Assembly: GCA_002245135.1 (NCBI GenBank)
Contig: NGBS01001160.1
Location: 186,001 to 250,000 of the forward strand
DNA length: 64,000 bases
Source: Proteromonas lacertae
Taxonomy: Eukaryota
Reading direction: 5' to 3'
Shown here: positions 1-11,000 of the stretch, in pieces
How positions within the stretch are numbered: position 1 is the first letter of the stretch
Layout: the number at the start of each line of letters is the position of its first letter
Translations under genes and position numbers: made by a program
The notes under the pieces: model-generated
Told to the model about the DNA's origin: nothing
The model's database searches: none
What the model saw: the letters and a program-made list of their open reading frames with translations, nothing else

Positions 1-1525
1 ATAGATAAATTCATCTATTTGTTTACATCTATCATCATATATATTCTTTGGTGATCCCCAACTATTACTATGTATTCTAACATTGGCTGTATATGAATTT
101 CTAAAGTAATTATTGATTAGATTACTGGGAGTGTATATTTTATCACCACCACTTCCTAAATCTATAAGATATAACTTAGATCCATAAGCTAATCCTTACA
201 AAACTAAAATTAAAGAAAATATATATTAAGAATATGGTTAATAAAAAAAAAAGATATTTTATAAATATTATCACCATCTTCAGGAACACCAGCAATTGAA
301 CCACAAACATGAGTTCCATGTCCACCAGCTTCATTCTCTTTACTATCAATAAATGCTTCATATTCAATCACTTTACGATGTTCAGTATTGACACTATCAA
401 AGGACACTTCATGTTTAGAATCTTTAAAGAAACAATGCTCAATATCTAAACCTGAATCACCAACAGCTACATATTGATTCTCACCATGAATATTGTGATT
501 CCAAATTACTGGTTCACCATCTGCACTTTGTATATAATGAGTTGCTTTATTATTTAATATTCTCTCTCTAATTTGAGGTGTTCTTTCCAATGGTAAATCT
601 GTTGGTGTGGGTGAGATTGTGTCTATTGATATTGTATCTGTTTGTATTGAAGATATTGATGTGATAGATGGCTGTTGAAGTAAATAGGTTAGTATAAATG
701 TATGATTGTAATTGATTGTTAATAAAACATCAGTTTTGGTTATATCGTGGAATATAAAAGGAACTATTAATAATAAATATATAAATAAATATATATACTT
801 TCTTTTGTTGTTATTTTTTGTGAATCAGTGATATTTAAATCTGACACATTTTCATTATACACCATTTTTACATAAGTGTCGTTATTATCATCACTATTAT
901 GTGAATGTTTTGATAATTCCATCTATATATAATATATATATATATGAGTATTTAATACATTTAAGTAGTTACTCCATTCATCAACTTCATTTTCTACATC
1001 TTTTACACTATCAAAATGTTTGGGATGAAATCTTATTACTATTGTTTCAGTTTCTTCTTCTATTCCAAATCTCACAGATAAATTATAATTCTTTAATTGT
1101 GATGGTAATAAGTAATAATATTCAATTATATCATGCTCTTTGCTTTTACTATATATTTTCTTGAATTGCTCGATTGATTCTTTATTTGTGTGAATTATGT
1201 AAATATTTGTGTTTCCTCCAACATAAGTGACTTTCTCTATCATGAAATATTGAATCATAAGATTTATTGAATTAGGGCTTGAATAGGGCTTGATTCCAAC
1301 AATATAATCTGTTACAGTTTTAGCACTAACATATTTAGTAGAGTTTTTCATAGTCTCCTATATCAAATAAAACTAATAATATACAATTAATGCATCTTCA
1401 CTAAATGAATTAACTGTATCGGGAAAAATGAAAGCATCCTTCAGTTCTTTAGCACTTAATTCTCTTGCAGGGATTAGTGAAGGAAGTATTAGTAATAATG
1501 TGATTGTTGTATATATTTGATTCAT
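1..1525 (-). CDS. Secreted subtilisin-like (S8, Kp43/TagC-like) serine protease, 3' end runs off the window
   Basis: ATG 1525 begins a signal peptide (MNQIYTTITLLLILPSLIPA). Catalytic Asp motif VAVGDSGLD, His motif HGTHVCGSIAG, then GLAYGSKLYLIDLG and RIHSNSWGS. GT-AG introns 1358-1384, 923-958 and 764-798, plus a non-canonical intron 196-257. Confidence 0.9.
196..257 (-). other. Non-canonical AT-AA, U12-like intron (62 nt)
   Basis: Minus strand reads TAT AAA|ATATCTTTTTTTTTT...TTTTCTTTAATTTTAGTTTTGTAA|GGA TTA GCT. Removing it restores the frame and the subtilase G-x-A motif (IYKGLAYGSKL). Confidence 0.8.
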
Positions 1526-1963
1526 CTGGAAATCTCGAAATACAAAAGAGTATCCAAAATGAAGTATTTTCACTTCTCTTCTTTGTAAAAGGTGATATGA
1601 TTAATATTACACAGATCCAACTACGAAGTGAATTAATATATCACTTTTTTATATACATATGTATACTAATCAATGCACATAGAAGGTATTAAAAATCAAT
1701 TACATAATTAATACTTTTTTCTACTACATAATATAAATTAATATTCTAATCATTCTGATATTGCCAATAATATTGTATTATTCCATTTTTATCAAAAACT
1801 AAGATATAAATGGTTTATTTCACTTTATTAATATATGAAAACTGTTCATAATTTAATATTTACTAATACTGTTATTAATTCATAAACTATATTACTGTAT
1901 ATATCAAAAAATGACTATTTGTTCCATTTATTATTGAAATATAGTCGTTTCATTAAAAGAATT

Positions 1964-3433
1964 ATGGAAGAACCTTGGTGGTTTACTAGAAGAGAACCTG
2001 ACAGTGGTTATTGCACAACAACAAGTAAAATGCAACATGATTGTGAAGACGAGTGTTATAACCAATTACAGATTTTAAACCCTAAAGTATATTGTTTTAC
2101 TAATAAATAGCTTGTCACTCCAATACAAAAAGAACTTGCCATTAAGAATGGATTGCTTGATGAGAAAGATGAAGTATTGTTTTTTCATCTATACTAGATA
2201 CATTTGCTGAGAGAGAAACATATTGACTTCTTAATGAAGAAACTAGAAGATGGTTTACCATTTAATTATACTGCTTTGGACACAAGTCAGACATGGATTG
2301 TATATTGGATATTTAACTCACTTGCTTTATTGGGACAACCTCCAGTCCAATATTATCCTTCAGCAATTGATTATTTAAAAGCATGTGAGTATCCTGATGG
2401 TGGATATGGAGGAGGACCATTTCAAGTATAACTTAATTAACAATTAACTTTGTAAATAGTTAGCTCATTTAGCACCAACCTATGCAGCTGTATTATCTTT
2501 ATGTATCATGGGCAGTAAATGTGCATATGATAGTATTGATAGAAAGAAATTATATAGATTTCTATTATCAGTGAAAAATCCAGACAGTTCATTTAATCAA
2601 CATATCGATGGGTATATATTATTATTATATTTGAAATAGTGAAAGCGATTTAAGAGCATTGTATTGTGCAATGTGTTGTGCTTCACTTCTTAACATGTTA
2701 ACTCCAGAATTAACAAATGGTGTGGGAGATTACCTAAAGAAGTATGAATATATATAATAAGAATATTATTATTATTATTATATAGATGTCAAACCTGTGA
2801 AGGTGGTTTTAGTGCAGTTCCTGGTACAGAGACACATGCAGGCTATACTTTCTGTGGTGCAGCTGGTTTGGCACTATTAAATGAATTAGATAAATGTAAT
2901 ATTGATAGTTTAGAAGAATGGGTATGTAATTGCCAAATAACATTTGAAGGTGGTTTTAGAGGAAGATTGAATAAGTTGGTGGATAACTGTTATTCTCATT
3001 GGCAAGCTGCTGTTCCAGTTATTTGTGGATTACATAGAGAAGGAGTGTTTAACAATGTATTATATATATATAAGTGTTTTCATTTATTAATTTTTATTAG
3101 TATTTAATGGAAAAGATTCCCTCAATTCCAGTCGTTATTAACTCTGAGTTTTTGCAACGTTATATCTTAGTATGTGGTCAGGATGTATTGAATGGAGGAT
3201 TAAGGGATAAGCCATCTGCAAAATGTGATTTGTATCATACTAATTATTCACTTTGTGGTTTATCTTATGCTCAGAATTATACTTCTGTTGGAATTCCTAA
3301 TATTTATGGATCTGAAGATAATTTAGTAGAAGTTTGTCATCCTGTTTATTCAATTCCTGTTAATAAAGCAAATCAAGCAAAAACTTATTTTGGACAATTA
3401 GAATGTTCTCATGACTATTTTATGACTGATTAG
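1964..3433 (+). CDS. FNTB: Protein farnesyltransferase beta subunit
   Basis: Motifs LDTSQTWIVYW, GGYGGGPFQ-LAHLAPTYAA, GESDLRALYCA, ETHAGYTFC, FEGGFRGRLNKLVDNCYSHW, GGLRDKP, DLYHTNYSLCGLS. Introns 2087-2110, 2174-2197, 2426-2459, 2612-2639, 2742-2785, 3057-3100. Confidence 0.93.
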
Positions 3434-3531
3434 TTAATTTTAAAGAATGATTTTATTGTTCTAATATCTGTTTGTAAGAAAATTAAATTTGGTGTTCCAA
3501 AAGTTTCACTGATTTTTTAAAATTGATTAAA

Positions 3532-4688
3532 ATGAATAATAACAAGAGAATTTGTTTTGCTATTAAATGCATTTGTAATATTTGTCTGGGAGTATTATTT
3601 CTAAATATGTTATTGTAGGTAATTTCCTATTTTTGTCTCAATTCCAGTTATACTATAAATAAACTGATGAATGAATATCGTATAGTTTTTAATAATATAT
3701 GTAGATTGTGATTTTTTATCAGACATAAGCAAGTACAGTAGTATAGCGATGAGTTTCACAGCTTTGGTTAATATTATTCTCAACATCTTTCAAATACTCC
3801 CAGAACCAAAATCAAATCGATTTATCGGATTATTCTGTTATTCAGTTTTTATCTACTCATATCTTTATTCAGCAAATGATAAACCAACTCAAAATGTGAT
3901 AGAACTATCAACGAGGTTATGTTGTGAGAGTATAAATAATAAAACATATTACAAGAACAATGGATGTGTATATTTAACTAACAAATATTTGTGTGAAGTG
4001 AATTACATATCTGGAATTCAAATACAACCTAATTTTTCTTATGTAATGATATATGGAGCAATTGTAATAGCATATATGGTGGCAAATGTCGTTGAACTAT
4101 TCGATATTACTTTTAAAATGATTATAAATGAAAAGATGGGTAGAATAGTTTTATATTTTGTATATATATATATATATTTATGTTTTTTATAATTATAGAT
4201 AATCTCAGTAATATACTGTATAATATCAATATATACACGGTATTGTAAAATATATGATGGATTTAATATTTTTAACAATGTATACTGTCTGACAAACGAA
4301 ATTACTTCATCATTGTTGCTATTATACTCCACATATTTGATATTGGATAGAAAGAAAGAAGTTAACTTAAATCTCTTTATGTTGTTCATTCCAATTTCAG
4401 TAATATTCATATTATTATCTTATTATTTTCAATATAAATCATATCTCGCTGAAAGTTATGTAGAATGTTGTTTAAATAATAATGTTTCAAATCATGTATA
4501 TCTTCATCTTATTATTCTAATAGTGTGATTTTGTAAAATCGTCTATATATTCATGTAAAGATTTTGACAGTTTTTGTTTTCCAACTAGAATTATTGTTTT
4601 AGTAACAATTGTAGTGATTATATCCTTAATGATCGTTTATGGAACAATAATTCCATTTAATGTTAATAACAAAAGAAAGAATGAGTAA
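3532..4688 (+). CDS. Hypothetical Cys-rich polytopic membrane protein
   Basis: One continuous frame after removing GT-AG introns 3592-3618, 3680-3704, 4160-4198 and 4496-4523. Several hydrophobic segments; the C-terminus KRKNE fits the KxKxx ER-retrieval pattern. Confidence 0.65.
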
Positions 4689-4765
4689 TGTCATTTATTT
4701 ATTGTTCTTTTTTAAATCTATTAAAAACAACCAAGATTATAAAATAAAAACTTAATAATTTGTTT

Positions 4766-7700
4766 CTAATAAAGACCTGACTGGATTAAAATGAAAAGTG
4801 TTAAGAAGAAAACTAAAATCACCATAAACAATTCATTCAAGGTTATTTTTTCTTCCAAAGTGATATAATATTTAAATATATCACAATACCTTTTTAGTTT
4901 TTGCTGAATTGTTTCAGGTTTTATTCCATCATCTTTTTCTTTTAATACTATTTTGTTATTATCATCTTCTTTATTTTCTTCTTTATTTTCATCAAAACCA
5001 AGAATATCACTTTCTTCACCACACATACTTTCACTCCTTGATATTGATTTATTGGCCAAAGGAGAAGGAGAAGGAATAGGATAAGGCATAGGAGAAGCTA
5101 CAGGAGTTGATGAAGGAGTATCAAAAATATTATTCTCTTCATCACTATCGTAAAACTGATTTGTGGTTAAACAAATATTATTCTTAAAGGTTTTCATAGT
5201 AGTTGCTTTCTTTACTGTCCTTATTGTTTTAGGATTTGGGATTGCAAAATGTTCTTCATTGTCTTTTGCAGATTCTTTTTCTGGAGTAGTTTTGAGTAAT
5301 AAACGAGGTGATTTCTTCGTTGAACTTGGTACAGGTGTTATTGGAAGACTTCTTCTACTTTTCATAACTGTTTTTGGACTTAATCCTTTGGAAAATGATT
5401 CATTCAATTCTTTGACTATTTCTTCTGTAGTTGGAACTTTTCTGAAGTAAATGAAAGCAAAACATAAAATATTACAACAAATCATAATAATGACAATGAC
5501 AATGATATGATACACAAATTCATTCATCATTATAGGAACAGTAAATTGCAATTCCTCCAATTGTTTTTGAATATTTTGTATTTCTTTTTCATCTTTCTTT
5601 GTTGTTGTATTATTGATATTTATTCCATCATTTTCTTCTACTTTATTTGTTTGATTTGTATTATTATTATTATTATTATTATTTGAATAATCATTAATTA
5701 ACTTAAATAGTGTTTGTTGCAACATCTTAAGTTCATTTGTTGTATCATCTAATTTTTTTAGTTTCTTCTTATAGTTTGAATCTATTCGAAATAATATTTT
5801 CTTTATATCTTTTAATTTTGAAGTATCCTTTATTTCATTACTACTATATACATTTTTATTCACTTTCCCTTCGCTAATTGAATCTTGACATACATACTCA
5901 GATAATGCTTTAATTGTATGTTCAGTTATTTCTAACTCTGTTTTCTTTCGTTCATATTCCTCAATATCATTGTTATTTCTATTCCCATCAAACCATTGAA
6001 TCGTCTTCAATATCCTCTTTTCTAACAGATATTTATCGTATTTACATAATGTTGTTGTTGTTTTAATTGTTTTATTAATATAATAAGAATATTCGATAAT
6101 TTCAATCCTCTTTTTTTCATCTTTTTTCCTCTTCAATTCTTCTTTTTCTTTCTCTTCCTTTTCATGAATAATTCGATAGATATCAATTGAAGATAAGAGA
6201 GTATTTGAAGTAGTTATATTGAGGGTAATATTAAATAATAAATCTTTAGCTTTAATCGACAGAATTCCATTTATATCAACAATAAACTCCACTTCAATGT
6301 TTATCATTCCAGCTTTCACAGGAGGTAAATCATTTATAATATATTCAATTAAGAATACATTATCATTAATCAATTTATTTTCACCTTGAAATATTGATAT
6401 TGTTATTAGTTTCTGATTATCTTCTCCTGTTGTATAAGTACGTTTTGTACTAATTGGTACTGGTGTATTCTTCTGTATTATTACATCCATCAAATCATCG
6501 GCTTGATCTGTTCCAATACTGTATGGAAGTGTATTAGTAAATATAAATTTTGAATCGTTTTTATTTATTACTATATTTCCATATAATGCAGCTCCAATTA
6601 CATTAAATTCACTGTTTCTATTATTCTTTATATCTGTCAGATATATAATCTCTTTATTCAGAAAATATCCTTTCACTAATTCTCTAAACTTAACAAAATT
6701 TGAAGAGCCACCACTTAATATTATCTTATCAATTTGTTCATGATTCATTTTTGTATCAATTAATAGTTTATTAATATTCTCAGTTACTTTTCTAAACAAA
6801 TCTTCATTTATTACTTCAAATTCTGCTCTTGACACTTTCACATTAAAATCAATTCCATCATATAAGTTCACAATATCAATATTTGTCACATATTTTTCAC
6901 TTAATTCTTTTTTCACTCTTCTAATCTCTTTTAGCAGTTTATATTTTGAAGGTATACTTTTTTCAATATGTTTATTATACATAATTCTGAATTTATTGAG
7001 ATAATAATCTAATACTTTATTGTCAAAATCTGAACCACCAAAATCATTATTACTGTAACTTCCTATGATATTAATGGAATAACTATTTCCTTTTACATCT
7101 GGATTAATTTGAATAATGCCAATATCTAAATTTACACAACCAAAATCGATTAATATGTATATTTTCGGTTTTAGTATTTCCATTGTTAAGTCATTAATAT
7201 ATCCAAGTATTATTGCTGATGGATTACTTATTAAATAGATTGATTTATAATTACTTTGTTTTGATGATTCTATTATTGATTCTCTTTGAAAATTATTGTA
7301 TGATGAGGGAATTGTAACTACTAATTTATCAATAACAATATTTGGAAATTTTGATGATATTTTATCTCTTATTTTTAATAATGTTTCAGTCAGCAATTCA
7401 TCAGGGGTAAATAATTGTTTTATTGTTTCATTTAACTGTATTTCAATATATGGTCTATTCTCTAGACTAGTGATTCTGTGATTGAAATATTTAATATAGT
7501 CTTGACTAACTATATCTTTGAATTCTTTGCCTATCATTCGTTTTATACTGTATATCATTCGTTCTGGATGAGTGTCAGAATAATTCAAGGCTTCATTTCC
7601 AAATAAAATTCCATCCTCACTAACTGATAAAAAATTTGGATAGTTTAAATGATTGGCAGTATTTTTAATAATTTGAATTTGGTCTTGGTAATAAACAACA

Positions 7701-7813
7701 ACAGACAACTCATCTGCTCCTAAATCAATCGTAACAAACGCTTCACTTGCTTCACTGTATTTTACTATAGACATTAATACTATAGTAATAGAAAATAACC
7801 AGGAACAACACAT
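4766..7813 (-). CDS. Divergent Hsp70/BiP-like protein with signal peptide and two C-terminal transmembrane segments
   Basis: Intronless 1015-aa ORF. Hsp70 motifs TIDLG, SIKRMIG, VVTIPSSYNNFQR, FGGSDFD, SRAEFE, ILSGGSS, ISIFQGE, IEVEFIVDINGILSI. Hydrophobic helices near 5445-5525 and at the C-terminus. Confidence 0.85.
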   Translation of the reverse strand: MCCSWLFSITIVLMSIVKYSEASEAFVTIDLGADELSVVVYYQDQIQIIKNTANHLNYPNFLSVSEDGILFGNEALNYSDTHPERMIYSIKRMIGKEFKDIVSQDYIKYFNHRITSLENRPYIEIQLNETIKQLFTPDELLTETLLKIRDKISSKFPNIVIDKLVVTIPSSYNNFQRESIIESSKQSNYKSIYLISNPSAIILGYINDLTMEILKPKIYILIDFGCVNLDIGIIQINPDVKGNSYSINIIGSYSNNDFGGSDFDNKVLDYYLNKFRIMYNKHIEKSIPSKYKLLKEIRRVKKELSEKYVTNIDIVNLYDGIDFNVKVSRAEFEVINEDLFRKVTENINKLLIDTKMNHEQIDKIILSGGSSNFVKFRELVKGYFLNKEIIYLTDIKNNRNSEFNVIGAALYGNIVINKNDSKFIFTNTLPYSIGTDQADDLMDVIIQKNTPVPISTKRTYTTGEDNQKLITISIFQGENKLINDNVFLIEYIINDLPPVKAGMINIEVEFIVDINGILSIKAKDLLFNITLNITTSNTLLSSIDIYRIIHEKEEKEKEELKRKKDEKKRIEIIEYSYYINKTIKTTTTLCKYDKYLLEKRILKTIQWFDGNRNNNDIEEYERKKTELEITEHTIKALSEYVCQDSISEGKVNKNVYSSNEIKDTSKLKDIKKILFRIDSNYKKKLKKLDDTTNELKMLQQTLFKLINDYSNNNNNNNNTNQTNKVEENDGININNTTTKKDEKEIQNIQKQLEELQFTVPIMMNEFVYHIIVIVIIMICCNILCFAFIYFRKVPTTEEIVKELNESFSKGLSPKTVMKSRRSLPITPVPSSTKKSPRLLLKTTPEKESAKDNEEHFAIPNPKTIRTVKKATTMKTFKNNICLTTNQFYDSDEENNIFDTPSSTPVASPMPYPIPSPSPLANKSISRSESMCGEESDILGFDENKEENKEDDNNKIVLKEKDDGIKPETIQQKLKRYCDIFKYYITLEEKITLNELFMVILVFFLTLFILIQSGLY

Positions 7814-8043
7814 TTTGATTTGATATGTATAAAAATGGGATTAATAAAGATCTAATTCCAGAACACTGTTTTATCAATAATGGAAAATGAATATATTTGA
7901 GTGAATTAACAACTATATAAAAAGAAATATATTTTGAATTTCAAAAATGTAACGAATATATATTTATTTTGTTATATTTTCTTCAATTTTACCAACACAT
8001 AACACAATGAAAAGTAGTATTTATTATTATTATTATTAAAAAG

Positions 8044-11000
8044 TTAATCCATTTGAGCATATATTAAAGCAAAATCTTCAACAAAATCAGCATCTAAGGT
8101 ACTTGCTTCATTCATAGCGTATTCCAATTTCTTTTTCATAATTTCTCTACTGGAATAAGCAGGAAGATCTAATGAATAAAAACAGGTGTGTGATGTAGGT
8201 AAATAACCATCAGGATTATCATCAACTCCAACTTCTCTTTTTCTTATTAAAAAGTCAAAATCAATTCCATTTGAACTTAATCTAGTCTTTGCCCATGCAA
8301 AATTCATAAACTTATTCAGTTCCTCATCATTAAATTCACTTAAAACATACCAGAAGTCTTTTATTACTATGTCTTTTTCAATGTAATTATCATATATTGT
8401 ATGATTTCTTAAATCATATAGATTCAATTTACCAACACCACATATCATCTTCTCTAATTCTTCTTCATTCAAAATACTCAAAGATTCCTGTGGAATACAA
8501 ATATAAAATCCTTTACAGAATTGATTTATTGTACATTTTATTCTTTTATAAACATCTTTTCTAATTCTTGCTTCTTTTTCTATGTCTATGTTACTTTCAT
8601 TATCTTCATTATCATGTTCATTCATGAAATATATATATCTATCCACTATTTCTTTCATCTCATCTTCATCTATGTTTTTACCTACTAAACATTTCCATAT
8701 CATTGGGATAAAAGGAATGTTCAATTCCATTTTACATCTATAAGCAGATGCTATTAAAATACCAAAATAATAAATTTCTTGATAAAAACTAACACTATCA
8801 TTGAAGAAATTTATCAAATACTTATCATTATATTTTATTAGTAACGGTAGTTTATTTTTTATATCAAATGTATTAGGTAATTCAACTGATTCTTTTTTCA
8901 AGTCATCAATCATTTGTTCAAATACTGCTCTATAAGCACCACCACTATCAACAACACCTTCATCTATTAACTTAACTCTAAACATACGATATTGACCTCC
9001 TTGTTTTGCACCTTGATAATTAATACGGAATGTTTGATCATTTATGGAATATCTATCATCTTTGAAGTAATCAACTATTTGATGGAATATAGGTTGAACT
9101 CCTTCCACATTTGTAAATCGATTAATTTTTATTGTATTAATCAATCTACTTTCGGTTAAATCATCAACCTGATAATAAATGACTGTCTCTGTTGCAACAA
9201 CTATTCTATCTAAGTAATTTCGTTTTGTTAAAGTAAACAAATATTTCTTCATTTGATGAATATAATTTGTTTGACTAAAGCTTGTCCATTTCCTTTTATC
9301 ATTATTGCTATTACCAAATGTTGTATCATTAAACGATAAAGTTTGATCCATTTTAGTATAACTTAATACTTTTTCAATTATCATATTTAACATCATTAAT
9401 ACAGATATTACACTAAAACATCTTAAAATTTTATTATCATTATTATTACTGTTTTTGTGATTATTTCTTAAATATTCTTCTACATATCTATAAATCACAT
9501 TTGAAGGAATTACTCCTTTATTCTCACATATTCTATTAATCATTTTCACTACCTCCAAATAATATTCTTTTGTATTATTTACATTGTTTAATGCTTCTTC
9601 AAATACTTCATAACTAATTTCTTTTCCATTAACTTTAAATGGGGTAGAATCATTATAGTTATTCTTTATAACATCTTTTATTTCTATTGAATCCCATTCA
9701 TCTTCATTTAAATACCAAACACTTCGTGTTATTCTTGAATAACCGTCTAATTGATCAGCTGTTGATAATCTATACCATATTTTACCTCTATAACATCCTA
9801 ATATTTCTATTTCTTTGTTATTCATTTTACCGATTGTTCCAGCTTTTAAAATATTCTCTGATCTTCTATTTGATTGTAATTCAATAAATTCTTTTTCATC
9901 AATATTTAAATCAACATATATACCTTTCACTCTTGTTTCATATCTTCTATACTTATTAGATAACCATCTCTTACAATAGCTATATGCATATGGTAATGCT
10001 TCTTTTGGTATTTTGACTTGTTTTTCATCATTTATAAAAGAATAAGTTAAATAATCAAACACTTCTCCATAAAATAGTAAAGTATCTGAAGGATATTCTT
10101 CAACAGACAACCATTTATGTACTTTCACTTCAGGATAAGTATCATTAAATTTTTGAGAAAATATTATTAATGGATATATTGTCCATTCAGATGGATAAGA
10201 ATTTCCAACTGTAATATCTTTTGTAGCATCTGGAAATTCATGTAATTGCGGAATTTTATATTTTTCACCATCATAAATAAACGATAATGTATCTGATGAA
10301 GAATTTACATTCACACCAACAACATCTCCTTTATTATATAATCCACCATATGGAATTATTCTGTTTCTATTACCTCTTGGTTGATCATTATTTTCAAGCT
10401 GTTGAGGATTATTATTTTCTGTTTCTTTCTCTCTCATTATTTGAAGTTGTGAATTTGAATAATATATAAATTGTGGATATGGCATATCAATTGGCTTATC
10501 AACTACTGGTATTTCAGATGTAATTCCTATACCTATTCTAGTATTATCAGAAGAATTAGATATTTTTAATTCAAAGTATTTTACACCATGAACAAAACCA
10601 CAAGAACCATATATATATGCGTTTTTGTCACTATTATAACTAATTGTATCATTATCATCATTAATACGCACTTGTTTAGTAGAACTCATTTCTTTCATAA
10701 ACTGGAACAAATGATCAGATGATAGAATTGATTCACATACTGTTTCTATAGTTTCAATTTTGCTATCAACAGTTTTTGTAGTCTGAATTGTGTATTGTAT
10801 ATGTGCAGTTATTCTATTATTAAATATTTTCAGTATTCCATTGTAATCTTTAATTGGTATCCAATGACTATATCCATATCTCCATTCCCATCCTGAAGAA
10901 CTATTTCCTGCTAAGAACGAAGTTTCACTGAATTTGATTGTTCTTTCAATTCTATCTTCTTTTCTTTCTATTTTTCCTAATAATCCTTCTATTTTTATTT

